Shown in pieces: positions 30,295-41,323 of a stretch of 64,000 bases of DNA. Every line of letters starts with the position of its first letter. Position 1 is the first letter of the stretch. This stretch comes from an uncultured Verrucomicrobiae bacterium (lineage in GTDB: Bacteria > Verrucomicrobiota > Verrucomicrobiia > Limisphaerales > DSYF01): contig CAVVUP010000007.1 in assembly GCA_963751435.1 (NCBI GenBank), positions 9,380-73,379 of the forward strand. The letters run 5' to 3'. The position numbers and the translations under genes were made by a program. The notes under the pieces are model-generated. The model did no database searches, was not told the DNA's origin, and saw only the letters and a program-made list of their open reading frames with translations.

Positions 30295-30894
30295 ATGAAA
30301 TATCGAACCATCCTCCTGTTTGGCGCCCCGGGCTCCGGCAAAGGCACCCAGGGCAAGATCCTCGGCACCGTGCCGCATTTCTTCCACTGCGCCTGCGGCG
30401 ACGTCTTCCGCAACCTCAAACCTGAGACCCCGCTGGGCAAAGTCTTCGTCAAGTACTCCGCCGAAGGCAAACTGGTCCCGGACGATTTCACCGTGCAACT
30501 GTGGCGGGAATCCATCGAGGCCAGCACCCGGGCGGGCAACTTTCAACCCAAGCTGGATTATCTCGTTCTGGACGGCATTCCGCGCAACGCCAACCAGGCC
30601 CGCATCCTCGCCGAAACCCTCGATGTAAAGGCGATGTTCTGGCTTCGCGCCCGGCAAGTCAGCAACCTGATCAGCCGACTCCAGCGCCGCGCGCTCAAGG
30701 ACAACCGGTTGGACGACGCCAACGTCGAGGTGATCCGCACCCGACTCGAGACCTACGAAAAGGAAACCCGCCCGGTGGTGGATTTCTACGGGAAGACACT
30801 GGTCCGACAGATCGACGCGGACAAAACGCCACTGGAGGTCTGCCACAGCATCATGGGCCATATCAAGAGGCTGGGTCTGCTCCCGTCCGTCTGA
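30295..30894 (+). CDS. adk: Adenylate kinase family protein (short LID)
   Basis: GAPGSGKGTQ, GDVFR, GKLVPD, LDGIPRN, RLDDA. Confidence 0.9.
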   Translation: MKYRTILLFGAPGSGKGTQGKILGTVPHFFHCACGDVFRNLKPETPLGKVFVKYSAEGKLVPDDFTVQLWRESIEASTRAGNFQPKLDYLVLDGIPRNANQARILAETLDVKAMFWLRARQVSNLISRLQRRALKDNRLDDANVEVIRTRLETYEKETRPVVDFYGKTLVRQIDADKTPLEVCHSIMGHIKRLGLLPSV

Positions 30895-30899
30895 GCTGC

Positions 30900-31904
30900 A
30901 TGGCCCGACTCCGAATCGTCTTCATGGGCACGCCGGACCTGGCGGCCACGTGCCTTTCCAAACTCCTCGCCGCGGACGAACTCGAAGTTCTCGCCGCGGT
31001 TTCCCAGCCGGATCGGCCCAAAGGCCGTCATCTCCACCTGCAACCCACGCCGGTCAAAGCCACGGCACGGGCGGCGCGCATCCCCGTGTTCCAACCGGAC
31101 AAGGCGCGCGATCCGGCCTTCTTGGAGACCTTGCGGGGTTTGAAGCCCGACCTGATCGCGGTGGCCGCTTATGGACAGATCCTTCCCAAGTCGCTGCTGG
31201 ATCTTCCTGCGCATGGATGCCTGAACGTTCACACCTCCCTCCTGCCCCGTTACCGCGGTGCTGCCCCCATCCAATGGGCCATTCTCAATGGCGACGCCGA
31301 GACCGGCGTGACCATCATGAAGATCGTCCCCGCACTGGATTCCGGCGACATCGTCAGCCAGACGCGCACAGCGATCACTCCCGAGGACGACGCCCAAACC
31401 TTGCATGATCGCCTGGCGGACCTGGGCGCGGAACTGCTGGTCCGGACCCTCCCCGAGTACGTCGCTGGGAATCTGAAACCTCAACCGCAAGCTGACGGTA
31501 ACGTGGTTTACGCCCGGAAGATTACCAAGGCCGACGGGCACGTGGACTGGACACGCCCGGCGATGGCGCTCTGGAACCAGGTCCGCGGCCTCACTCCCTG
31601 GCCTGGAGCCTTCACGCATCTGCCCGTCGTGGGGACGCCGGAATCCACCGCTCGTAGTTCGGGCTTCAGCCAGCTCCCATACACATCCGGGACCCTGCTC
31701 AAGTTGTGGAAAGCCGAAGCCACCAGGGGACAGGGCCCGCCCGGAATTGTTCTTCAGTCGGACAAGCACGGCCTGGTGGTGGCGTGCGCGCAGGGCGCCC
31801 TCCGCATCCTGGAACTGCAAACCGAAGGCAAACGTCGGATGACAACTGCCGAGTTCCTGGCCGGACATCCCCTCCGCGCCGGTGACGTGCTGGGCAACCC
31901 CTGA
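30900..31904 (+). CDS. fmt: Methionyl-tRNA formyltransferase
   Basis: RIVFMGTP, QPDRPKGR, LNVHTSLLPRYRGAAPIQWAI, LDSGD, PWPGA. Confidence 0.97.
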   Translation: MARLRIVFMGTPDLAATCLSKLLAADELEVLAAVSQPDRPKGRHLHLQPTPVKATARAARIPVFQPDKARDPAFLETLRGLKPDLIAVAAYGQILPKSLLDLPAHGCLNVHTSLLPRYRGAAPIQWAILNGDAETGVTIMKIVPALDSGDIVSQTRTAITPEDDAQTLHDRLADLGAELLVRTLPEYVAGNLKPQPQADGNVVYARKITKADGHVDWTRPAMALWNQVRGLTPWPGAFTHLPVVGTPESTARSSGFSQLPYTSGTLLKLWKAEATRGQGPPGIVLQSDKHGLVVACAQGALRILELQTEGKRRMTTAEFLAGHPLRAGDVLGNP

Positions 31905-31923
31905 CCTCGCAGCCGGCCACCCC

Positions 31924-32222
31924 GGACCGCGAGTCCACGACTCGCAGCGGCCCCGAAGCTCCACAAGCCCACCACCAGGGCCAAAACCTCCCGCAACTGC
32001 GCAGCCGATGCGGCTCACCCGTCCTCCGCAGTAGCCCTGCTACGGAGGGTGGACAGAGCCGCGCCCCGGACCGCGAGTCCACGACTCGCAGCAGCCACGC
32101 ATTATGCCCCGCGCCAGAATCGATCACCCCACCCCGCCCTGATGACCTCGTAGCCGAGGACGTAGAGTCCGCGCACGACCCAAGCCCTTCGAGATTGGCG
32201 CCGACTCACGTGCGGCGGCCAC
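31924..32222. repeat. Cluster of REP-like palindromes including a nested insertion
   Basis: GGACCGCGAGTCCACGACTCGCAGC at 31924 and 32068; inverted copy 32007-32067 interrupted by a 36 bp hairpin; GTAGCCG../..CGGCGGCCAC inverted pair 32150-32222. Confidence 0.8.
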
Positions 32223-32352
32223 AACGTTTCGGGAAAGGGGCGGCCATCGGCTTGAAGGCTGCCACTCGCGAGATCTCGTCGTCGGTCAGCTTCACCTGCC
32301 CCGGCCAGCGGCAGCAGGCGGTGCAACGCTGGCACTTCCGGAAGCTGGGCAT
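32206..32352 (-). pseudogene. Truncated YkgJ/CxxCxxCC-family cysteine-cluster protein
   Basis: MPSFRKCQRCTACCRWPGQVKLTDDEISRVAAF then runs into the palindrome cluster and stops. Confidence 0.65.
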
Positions 32353-32411
32353 CTGAAACACAATGCCCGCCTCCCGGACAGCGCCAGCGAGGCGGGCCGA
32401 GGCGTGGGCCG

Positions 32412-34646
32412 CTATTTCGCAGGCAGATTGGTGGCCACACCGGCAGCCACCGCATTGGCATCCACGCTCGCGGGCACCGCGTTGGTGACGGCCGCGGCCG
32501 CCGGCTTCTGCCAGAAGTAATGGCCCCGCTTCTTGTGATCCACCCGGATCCACACCGCCGCAATCACCAGCACCAGCAGGAAGAGATACAATCCCCAAGG
32601 ACGCTTCTTCTCCGCAAACGGATCGTCCAGGGAACGCTCGGCATTCTCGGGCAGCTTGGCCACATGAGTCAGCGCGGCGCCGAACGGCACGTTCATCTTG
32701 GCTCGGGTGTTGATGGCCCAACCGTTCGCATCGAGGATGGGCGCGATGTTACGCCGGCGCAGCTTGAGCCATGCGATGATCACCGAGGGCAGCGAGATGA
32801 TCAGGATGATGCCCACGAACACGAGCGGGATCTGCCATACGGCCAGCTTCATCAGGCCCGTCGCCAGCCCGGCGATGGCCGTGCCAATGGCCCCCACGGC
32901 AACGCCCAGAGCTGCCACCGTCCCGACGTCCACCTTCTTCGGCTCGGCCGGCTTGGTCTTGTCGACGGTGGCTGCCGCTTCCGCCACCGCCGCCAACTTC
33001 TTGTCGGAAGCAGCTTCGGCGGCCGCCGCGCGCTTGGCGATCATCTCCTCGATCATGCGCAGCAGTTTCTTGTACGGACTCCAGAACGCCTCGCGCAGGC
33101 TGATCGGATTGGCCACCACCTTGGTGATCGTCGCGTCCCAATCCTGCCCCTTCCGGTCGTAAAAAACGCCATTACGACCCACCATGAGATTGTCCGAGTC
33201 GCCGTCCGTGAAGACGGCGACAATGGTGCGCTTGGGGCTGCCCGGGCGGGTGCAGTCGCAATAAGCCAGATAGGCGCCGGCCAGGCCAGCCAGCGTGGCG
33301 TGCTTTCCAGCATCCACCACATCCAGGCACAGGTGGCAGGAACGGGCATCCAGGTAGAGCACACCCGCCTGGAACACCGCGCCGCGACGGCCATAGAACT
33401 CGGCAAAATTCACGTAGTTTGTCAGCAACTTCACGAGGTCGCGCTGGAAGCGGATCAGTTTCTCAACTGACACGATCTGCGCATATTCCGGCGCCAGCGC
33501 GGCATCCGCGGCAATGAGTTTTGCGACGCGCTGCTTCGTGTCGCCGGCGACCAGTTGCCGGGCCCGCGCTACACCGAGCTTGTCCACCCCGGTGCTTGGT
33601 TTGGCGGCCTGCCAGGCCGCATACGGAGCGAGCCTGGCTTGAAGCGACGCCCAGTCCGCCTCGCTCAAGCTAGTCTTGCCCGCGCCCAGGATTGGAGTCA
33701 TCGCCTGGCTGGCCAACTGGGCGATCGCACCCGCCCAGGCGGGATTCAAGCCACCAGCCAGCGGCAAGGGTTTGTTCGGTTCAATGCGCGCCAGTGGGAA
33801 ACCCGCAACCTCCTGTGCCGTGACGGTGAGGTCCCGGGCGGCAATGGACAGGTATTCGGCCTCCTGCCGATTTACCGCCGCAATGGCTCGCGGATCGAAG
33901 GCGGCCAAACGACCCCGCGCGAAATAATCGTCCACCTTGCCTTTGACCGTCTGGACGGCGGCGAAGGCGTCCGCAGTCTTGTCGCCCGCGGGCAAAATCG
34001 ACTTGTCCTGCTCCCCCTGCTTATGCCAGTCCGAAAGTGCCTGTGCCTCGGCGAGGAACTTGTCCAAGGTGGCCTGGTCCACCCCGGGCTTGCCGCTGCG
34101 ATCCGTCACGCCGCCCATGGCGGTGAGGATGTCGGCAATGTCCTTCTTGGTGGCCTCGTCCTCGGCATCCGTCACGGGCACAATGCCGTCGCCATTCAGA
34201 CGCGTCTGGGTGAAGTCCTTGGTCATCGCCTCGACATCCGCCAGCGAGATGCTCGGGGAGTCAGGCTTCCCGAGGTTGGAAAGAATTCGCAGGGCGCCCT
34301 TGCGAACGCCCTCGTCCTTGATGGCGGTCAGCGCCACCGAATCGCCCCCCTTCATCAGGCCGTCCAGGTCCGTGAACGCCCCCCGCGCCCACTGGATGGC
34401 CGCGAGCACTTCCGGCGGACGGATCCGTCCATCCTTGTCGGTGTCCACCGCATCGAGGGTGCGCGCATCGAACTCGATGCCGCGCGTGGGCATGGCCAGC
34501 GCGAGCCACAGTTTGAGATCAAGTTGATCGAGGTTGGCTATGTCGGAGCCGCTGCGGATCATCACCTGATCCACACCGCCGCACCGAAAGAAGCGCCAAA
34601 CGTGCTGTGAAACTTTGTCCTGAGGGGATGAATGGTTCGTTGTCAT
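32412..34646 (-). CDS. Hypothetical protein with EF-hand-like motif and C-terminal TMs
   Basis: 744 aa; DTDKDGRIRPPE EF-hand-like loop; hydrophobic helices near C-terminus. Confidence 0.8.
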   Translation of the reverse strand: MTTNHSSPQDKVSQHVWRFFRCGGVDQVMIRSGSDIANLDQLDLKLWLALAMPTRGIEFDARTLDAVDTDKDGRIRPPEVLAAIQWARGAFTDLDGLMKGGDSVALTAIKDEGVRKGALRILSNLGKPDSPSISLADVEAMTKDFTQTRLNGDGIVPVTDAEDEATKKDIADILTAMGGVTDRSGKPGVDQATLDKFLAEAQALSDWHKQGEQDKSILPAGDKTADAFAAVQTVKGKVDDYFARGRLAAFDPRAIAAVNRQEAEYLSIAARDLTVTAQEVAGFPLARIEPNKPLPLAGGLNPAWAGAIAQLASQAMTPILGAGKTSLSEADWASLQARLAPYAAWQAAKPSTGVDKLGVARARQLVAGDTKQRVAKLIAADAALAPEYAQIVSVEKLIRFQRDLVKLLTNYVNFAEFYGRRGAVFQAGVLYLDARSCHLCLDVVDAGKHATLAGLAGAYLAYCDCTRPGSPKRTIVAVFTDGDSDNLMVGRNGVFYDRKGQDWDATITKVVANPISLREAFWSPYKKLLRMIEEMIAKRAAAAEAASDKKLAAVAEAAATVDKTKPAEPKKVDVGTVAALGVAVGAIGTAIAGLATGLMKLAVWQIPLVFVGIILIISLPSVIIAWLKLRRRNIAPILDANGWAINTRAKMNVPFGAALTHVAKLPENAERSLDDPFAEKKRPWGLYLFLLVLVIAAVWIRVDHKKRGHYFWQKPAAAAVTNAVPASVDANAVAAGVATNLPAK

Positions 34647-34865
34647 GGGTCGGGTCTCCAGTTTGGTCTAACCTGTGAACAGCGAGTCGCACCATAGACA
34701 AGCAACCGGAGTTTGCCAATGATTTTGAGTGCGAGTGTTGACAGACATCCGGTAACGGTTAGAGTTTGCGTTGTTCGGGTGACAGTACGTTTCTTCAGCG
34801 GGGTTCCCCACCCCCACCTCCTTGGCGTCTGTCGCCCGAGCCCTTTGTTGCCCCAAGTCGCTGAT

Positions 34866-35063
34866 TCAGCGCCGCTTGACGACAGACCTCCCGACACCAC
34901 GTGGCCCGGTGACATGCGTGCCGTGACCCGAAGTGATGATGACGATCTCGGCAAACTCATGGGCGTGCAGCCCGAACGGCTCCTGCGGATCCCGCCGCTC
35001 CACGGCAATGGGAAATCCATCCGGGTGAAACCAATCTTTACTTTTCAGGACGCGGTGCGGCAC
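34866..35063 (-). pseudogene. Truncated AraC-family (RhaR/RhaS-like) regulator, cupin N-terminus only
   Basis: [42 protein letters not shown] resembles RhaS/RhaR N-term; no HTH follows; divergent from rhaA. Confidence 0.75.
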
Positions 35064-35129
35064 GATCGCGCCTCCAGAGTTCGGGGTTGACGGACATCGG
35101 CAAGATCGTGCTAATAATTGGCAGGATCA
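35059..35129 (+). promoter_or_regulatory. Direct repeats upstream of rhaA, putative AraC-family operator
   Basis: GGCACGATCG 35059, GGCAAGATCG 35099, GGCAGGATCA 35120 (last two 21 bp apart). Confidence 0.55.
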
Positions 35130-35209
35130 TCAAGGCCCGGTTTGGGCGTGTTGCCTAGGCTCGGCATGAACAGACACCACTCAGCAACCATCAACAACAG
35201 GAATCCGGC

Positions 35210-36485
35210 ATGAAACGACAGACCATTGAATCCGCCTACAAACTCGCCCGCGAACGCTACGCCGCACTCGGCGTGAACACCGACACGGTCCTGCAAGCAG
35301 CTCGCCAAAGTGCCCGTTTCCCTCCATTGCTGGCAGGGCGATGACGTCGGGCGGGTTCGAGAATTTCGGCGGCGCAGCTGACCGGCGGCATCATGGCCAC
35401 CGGCAATTATCCCGGCAAGGCGCGCACGCCCGACGAACTCCGCGCCGACGCCGCCACAGGCGCTGTCCCTCATCCCCGGCAAGCATCGCTTCAACCTCCA
35501 CGCCTTCTACGGCGAGTTCGGCGGCAAGAAGGTGGACCGCAACGAAATCGAACCGCGGCATTTCAGGAACTGGATTGCCTGGGCCAAATCGCAGGGCATC
35601 GGCCTGGATTTCAACCCGACGTGCTTCTCGCATCCCAAGTCGGCGGACGGATTCACGCTCTCGCATCCCGACAAGGGCATCCGCCAATTCTGGATCGAGC
35701 ATTGTCAGGCCAGCCGCGAAATCGGCGCCGCCATGGGCGCGCGCCCTGGGTTCGCCCACGGTCACCAATGTCTGGATTCCCGATGGCATGAAGGACACGC
35801 CCGCCGACCGCCGCGGACCGCGCGAACGCCTCGAGGAATCCTTGGACGCCGTGTTCAAGAAGAAGCTCAATCCGAAGCACAACCTCGACGCCGTCGAAGG
35901 CAAGCTCTTCGGCATCGGCGCCGAGAGCTACACCGTGGGCATGCATGAGTTCTATCTCGGCTACGCGGTGAAGCACCAGACGCTGGTCTGCCTCGATGCC
36001 GGCCATTATCACCCCACCGAGAACATGGCCGACAAGATCTCCTCCGTGCTGTGCTTCGTGCCGGAAATTCTGCTGCACGTCAGCCGTGGCGTGCGTTGGG
36101 ACAGCGACCACGTCGTCACACTGACGGATGAACTGAACTGGCCATCGCCCAGGAGCTCGTGCGCGGCGATTATCTCGGGCGCACCCACATCGGCCTGGAC
36201 TTCTTTGACGCCAGCATCAACCGCATCGCCGCGTGGGCCATCGGCACGCGCAACATGATCCGCGCGCTGTGCATCGCCATGCTCGAACCCTGGTCGCAGT
36301 ACCAGACAGCTCGAGCGTCAGGGCGACTACACCTCGCGCCTGGCGTTGATGGAGGAAGCCGAAGCGCTGCCGTTCGGAGCGCCGTCTGGGACTATCACTG
36401 CCTGAAACAGGGCGTGCCGGTCGGCGAGGCCTGGCTGGCCGAGGTCAAGCAGTACGAGAAGGACGTGCTTTCCAAGCGTTCCTAA
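35210..36485 (+). CDS. rhaA: L-rhamnose isomerase (multiple indels)
   Basis: [86 protein letters not shown] across frames. Confidence 0.93.
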
Positions 36486-36509
36486 CCTTTACCCCACTGG
36501 AACGCATTT

Positions 36510-37637
36510 ATGGATGACACGCTGCAACTGGCGTCCGCGCAACTCGCGGTGAACCCCACCAACCCCACGCTGGGCATCCTGATCTTTGTGCTGGGAGGTC
36601 TGGCGGGCGCCATCTTTTACCTCCCGCTGAAGAAGGAAAAAGTCTGGGCATGGGAGAGCTACTGGCTCTTTTATGCGGTGTTCGCCCTGCTGGTCGTGCC
36701 CATGACCCTGGCCTTTGTCATGTCCCCCAACTGGATCGCCGTGCTCAAGGCCGCTCCCGCGAAGGAAATCTGGTATTGTTACCTCTGCGGCGCGGCCTGG
36801 GGGTTCGGCGGACTGACCTGGGGCCTGATGATCCGCTACCTCGGCGTCGGACTGGGGCTGGCCATCGGTTGCGGACTCTGTTCCGCCGCCGGCACGCTGG
36901 TGCCAAAGATTCTCCGCGGCGAAGCCGGCGACCTGCTTCAACCGGGTGCCGGCCTCGTCTCGCTGGTCGGGGTCGGTGTCTCGCTGGCCGGCATCGTCCT
37001 GGTCGGCATGGCCGGCATGTCAAAGGAACGGGAACTGCCCGAGGCGGAGAAGAAGAAGGCGGTGGCGGAGTACAACTTTAATAAGGGCATCCTGATCGCC
37101 CTGTTCTCGGGGTTGATGAGCGCGGCGCTGGGCTTCGGTCTGGTAGGGGGCCCCACCATTGAGCAACTGGCCTTGACCACCGAACCCGTCACCAGCGTCG
37201 CCTGGAAAGGCATGCCCGTGCTGGCCGTGGCCTTGCTGGGCGGTTTTACGGTCAACTTCCTGTGGTGCCTCTTCCTCAACGCCAAGAACAAGACGCTCGG
37301 CGATTACACCCGCAAGGATGCCCCGATTGTCGGGAACATCTTCTTCGCCGCCGTGGCCGGCGCGATCTGGACCTGCCAGTTCATCGCGTTCAAGACCGGC
37401 GAACCCAAGATGGGCGACCAGGGCTACCTCGGCTGGGCCATGCTCATGGCCAGCTCCATCATGTTCAGCGGCATTCTCGGACTGGCGCTGGGCGAATGGA
37501 AAGGCACCACCATCAGGACCCGCAGCCTGCTCTTTGCCGGGCTGGCCATCTTGCTGGTGTCCGCGGTGATTGCGGGCTACAGCGGCAAGTTGGGCCAGAA
37601 GACGACCCCGAAACCCGCCCCCGCCACACAGTCCTGA
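36510..37637 (+). CDS. rhaT: L-rhamnose/H+ symporter
   Basis: [43 protein letters not shown]; ~10 TMs. Confidence 0.92.
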   Translation: MDDTLQLASAQLAVNPTNPTLGILIFVLGGLAGAIFYLPLKKEKVWAWESYWLFYAVFALLVVPMTLAFVMSPNWIAVLKAAPAKEIWYCYLCGAAWGFGGLTWGLMIRYLGVGLGLAIGCGLCSAAGTLVPKILRGEAGDLLQPGAGLVSLVGVGVSLAGIVLVGMAGMSKERELPEAEKKKAVAEYNFNKGILIALFSGLMSAALGFGLVGGPTIEQLALTTEPVTSVAWKGMPVLAVALLGGFTVNFLWCLFLNAKNKTLGDYTRKDAPIVGNIFFAAVAGAIWTCQFIAFKTGEPKMGDQGYLGWAMLMASSIMFSGILGLALGEWKGTTIRTRSLLFAGLAILLVSAVIAGYSGKLGQKTTPKPAPATQS

Positions 37638-37675
37638 ACTCATTGTTGTTCAACCTCAAACCACACTCTAATCCT

Positions 37676-39163
37676 ATGGCAAAACGCGTTTATCTCGGAA
37701 TCGATCTCGGGGCCGAAAGCGGCCGGGTCATCGCTGGTCTCTGGAACGGCAAAATCCTCAAGCTCGAGGAGGTGCACCGCTTCCCCAACGGCCAGGTCCC
37801 GCTGGCCGACAGCCTGCGCTGGGACACCCTGCGCTTGTGGGGCGAAATCCAGAACGGCCTCGCCCTGGCGGCCCAGCGCTATGGCAAGGCGGTGGTCTCG
37901 GTCGGCGCGGATACCTGGGGCGTGGACTACGTGCTGCTGAGCAAGAGCGGCGAAATGCTGGGGCAACCCTACGCCTACCGCGATGCCCGCACCAACGGCA
38001 TGATGGAGAAGGCCTTCCGCAAGGTGCCCCGCGCGAAGGTCTTCGCCCAGACCGGGCTGCAATTCATGCAGTTCAACACGCTCTACCAATTGCTGGCCCA
38101 CCAGCAGGCCCATCCCGAAATCCTCAAGGCGGCGGACATCCTGTTGTTGACGCCCGACTTCATCCACTGGGCGCTGTGCGGTTCCCGGACGGTGGAGTTC
38201 ACCATTGCAAGCACCACCCAGTGTGTGGACCCGCTGAAACGCGATTGGGCCCGCGGCTTGTTGAAGCAGTTTGACCTGCCGCTGCAGATGTTTCCCAAAA
38301 TCGTTCCGCCCGGCACCTCGCTGGGCAACCTCCGCCCCTCGGTGGTGCAGCGGACGGGCCTGAGCCGCGTAAAAGTGGTTGCGCCGCCCGGCCACGACAC
38401 TGCGGCCGCCGTGGCGGGCGTCCCCACCGCCAACACCGGCCGGGCCAACTGGGCCTATATCAGCTCCGGCACCTGGTCCCTGATGGGCGCCGAGGTCCAA
38501 CAGGCGTCCCTTTCACCGCGCACGCTCGAGCTGAACTTCACCAATGAAGGCGGGCTCGACGGCACCTACCGGCTGCTCAAGAACATCACGGGCCTCTGGC
38601 TGGTCCAGCAGTGCAAGCGATCCTTCGATGCCAAGGGACGCAAGCATGATTACGCCGAACTGGCAGACCTCGCGTCCAAGGCCCCGGCCCTGCGATCGAT
38701 CGTGGATCCCGACGACGCGCGGTTCTTCGCGCCCCATGACATGCCGCAGGCCATCCAGGGCTACTGCAAAGCAACCCGACAGCCCGTGCCCAAATCGGTG
38801 GGCGAACTGGTCCGCTGCGCCTACGAAAGCCTGGCGCTCAAATACGCACAGACGCTCGCCTCCCTGGAAGAACTCACCGGTCAGCCCATCGAGGTCATCC
38901 ACATCGTGGGCGGCGGCTCCCAGAGCGCGATCCTGAACCAGTTCACCGCCGACGCCTGCCAGCGACCGGTGGTGACCGGGCCGGTCGAGGCCACCGCCAT
39001 GGGCAACCTGCTCACCCAGGTGCGCGCAAGCGGCGAACTCGATTCGCTGGCGGACATGCGCGCGGTGGTGCGCAAGTCCAGCGCGGTGAAACGCTTCGAA
39101 CCGCGCTCGGCTTCCGCCTGGCAAGAAGCCGGGGAACGCTTCCGCGCCCTGCGGCAGGGTTAG
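37676..39163 (+). CDS. rhaB: Rhamnulokinase
   Basis: [55 protein letters not shown]. Confidence 0.95.
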   Translation: MAKRVYLGIDLGAESGRVIAGLWNGKILKLEEVHRFPNGQVPLADSLRWDTLRLWGEIQNGLALAAQRYGKAVVSVGADTWGVDYVLLSKSGEMLGQPYAYRDARTNGMMEKAFRKVPRAKVFAQTGLQFMQFNTLYQLLAHQQAHPEILKAADILLLTPDFIHWALCGSRTVEFTIASTTQCVDPLKRDWARGLLKQFDLPLQMFPKIVPPGTSLGNLRPSVVQRTGLSRVKVVAPPGHDTAAAVAGVPTANTGRANWAYISSGTWSLMGAEVQQASLSPRTLELNFTNEGGLDGTYRLLKNITGLWLVQQCKRSFDAKGRKHDYAELADLASKAPALRSIVDPDDARFFAPHDMPQAIQGYCKATRQPVPKSVGELVRCAYESLALKYAQTLASLEELTGQPIEVIHIVGGGSQSAILNQFTADACQRPVVTGPVEATAMGNLLTQVRASGELDSLADMRAVVRKSSAVKRFEPRSASAWQEAGERFRALRQG

Positions 39164-39196
39164 CGGCCAGTCGAGACTATCCACGGAAACCCACTG

Positions 39197-39918
39197 ATGA
39201 AAATCACCCTGTTCATCCCCTGCTTCATTGACCAATGCTATCCCCAGGTCGGCATCAGCGTGGTGCGAATCCTGGAGAAGCTCGGGCACACGGTGGATTA
39301 CCCGACGGAGCAGACCTGCTGCGGCCAGCCCGCCTTCAACTCCGGCGCCTGGGACCAGGCCCGCGCCACGGCGCGGCAGGCCTTGAAGGCGTTTCGCGAC
39401 GCGGAGGTGGTGGTGACGCCGTCCGGTTCCTGCGGCGCGATGATGAAGGTGTTTTACCCCGACCTGTTCCAGGGCACGCCGCGAGCACGAGGAGGCCTGC
39501 GTGCTGGCCGGCAAGATGTGGGAGTTCTCCTCAGTTCCTGGTGAACAAGCTCGGCGTCACGGATCTCGGCGCCACGTTCCCGGGCAAGGCGACGTTCCAC
39601 GATGGCTGCCACAGCCTGCGCGAGATGCGGCGTCAAACAGGAGCCGCGCGCCCTGCTCAAGCACGTGCGCGGGCTGGAACTGGTCGAGATGAATCCGGCC
39701 GACACCTGCTGCGGATTCGGCGGCACGTTCTCGGTGAAGTTCCCCATGATCTCCACCGCCATGGGCGAGGGCAAATGCGCCGCCATCGCCGAGACCGGCG
39801 CGGACTACGTCGTCTCACTGATTCGAGCTGCCTGATGCACATCCAGGGCATGCTCGACAGGCAGGGCAAGAAGATGCGCGGCCTGCACCTGGCGGAAGTC
39901 CTCGCCACCGGCCTATGA
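39197..39918 (+). CDS. lutA: Lactate utilization protein A (CCG domains), indels
   Basis: LFIPCFIDQ, QTCCGQPAFNSG, PSGSC, FHDGCHSLRE, CCGFGGTFSVK, DSSCLMHI. Confidence 0.88.
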
Positions 39919-41323
39919 GCACCACCGCCACCAGCCTTCAAGGACAGCGCCACCCGCTATTGCCACGACCTGCGACCATCGCCAGCTCATCCGCAAGGCG
40001 CTGACCGGCTACGAGGTCAAACGCGACGAGAACAAGGCGCGTTTCCAGAACTGGGAAGACGCCCGGCAGGCGGCCGCGGAAATCAAATACGAGGTCATCA
40101 ACCACCTCGACCGATACCTCGAACAGTTCGTCAAGCAATCTCGAGGCGCGCGGCGTCAAGGTCATCTGGGCCAGCGACGCCCAGGAGGCGCGCGACTACA
40201 TCGTCGGCATCGCCCGCGACAACCAGGTCCGCTCACATCATCAAGTCCAAGAGCATGACCTCGGAGGAAATCCACCTCAACGAGGCGCTGGAGAAGGCGG
40301 GCTTCGAGGTGTTCGAGTCGGATCTGGGCGAGTTCATCGTGCAGCTTCCGCAACGAGCCGCCCTATCACCTCGTCTTCCCGTCGATGCACCTGACGCGGC
40401 ACAGATCAGCGAGATCTTCCAGAGAAGCTGGGCGCCGAGCCGCGTGCACGGAGCCGGAGGAACTGACCATGATCGCCCGGCGCGTCATGCGGCAGAAGTT
40501 CTGCCAGGCCGACATGGGCATCAGCGGCGTGAACTTCGGCGTGGCCGAGACCGGGCATGATCTCCATCACCGAGAACGAGGGCAACGCGCGGCTGACCAC
40601 CTCGCTGCCGCGCATTCACGTCGCGCTGATGGGCATCGAGAAGATGGTCCGGCGCATGGACGACCTGGCGCTGTTCCTGCCCATGCTGGCCACCGCCGGC
40701 GCCGGCCAGGCATCTGACCTGCTACAACACGCTCTACGGCGGGCCGCGCCAGCCCGGGCGAAACCGACGGCCCGGAGCAGTTCCACGTCGTGCTGCTCGA
40801 CAACGGCCGCACCGCCTGCTGGCCGATGCCGAGCAGCGCGACTCGCTCCACTGCATCCGCTGCGGCGCCTGCCTGAACGTCTGCCCCATCTTCCGCAACG
40901 TCGGCGGCCACACCTACGGCACGGTCTATCGGCGGGCCGATCGGCTCGGTCATCACGCCGCACCTGCGCGGGTTGCAGGAGTGGAAGCACCTCTCGTTCG
41001 CCTCCTCGCTGTGCGGCGCCTGCACCGCAGGCCTGCCCGGTGAAGATCGATCTGGCGCATCACCTGCTGCAGAACCGGCGCAACGCCGTAAAGGCCAGAG
41101 CCGCCGTTCTTCGAGGGCCTGCTGTGGCGCGGCTTCTCCTTCATCATGCGCCGCCCCGGCCTCTATCGCCTCGGCGCCAAGCTGGGACGCGTCTTTCAGC
41201 CCCTGCACGGCCTGATCAAAGGCTCCGTGCTTGATCCGGCCCGGGGCTGGACCCGGACCCGCGAGACGCCGCGCATCGCCAAACAGACGTTTACGGATTG
41301 GTGGAAGGAGACGGCACCGATGA
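39915..41323 (+). CDS. lutB: Lactate utilization protein B (Fe-S), many indels
   Basis: [69 protein letters not shown]. Confidence 0.88.
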
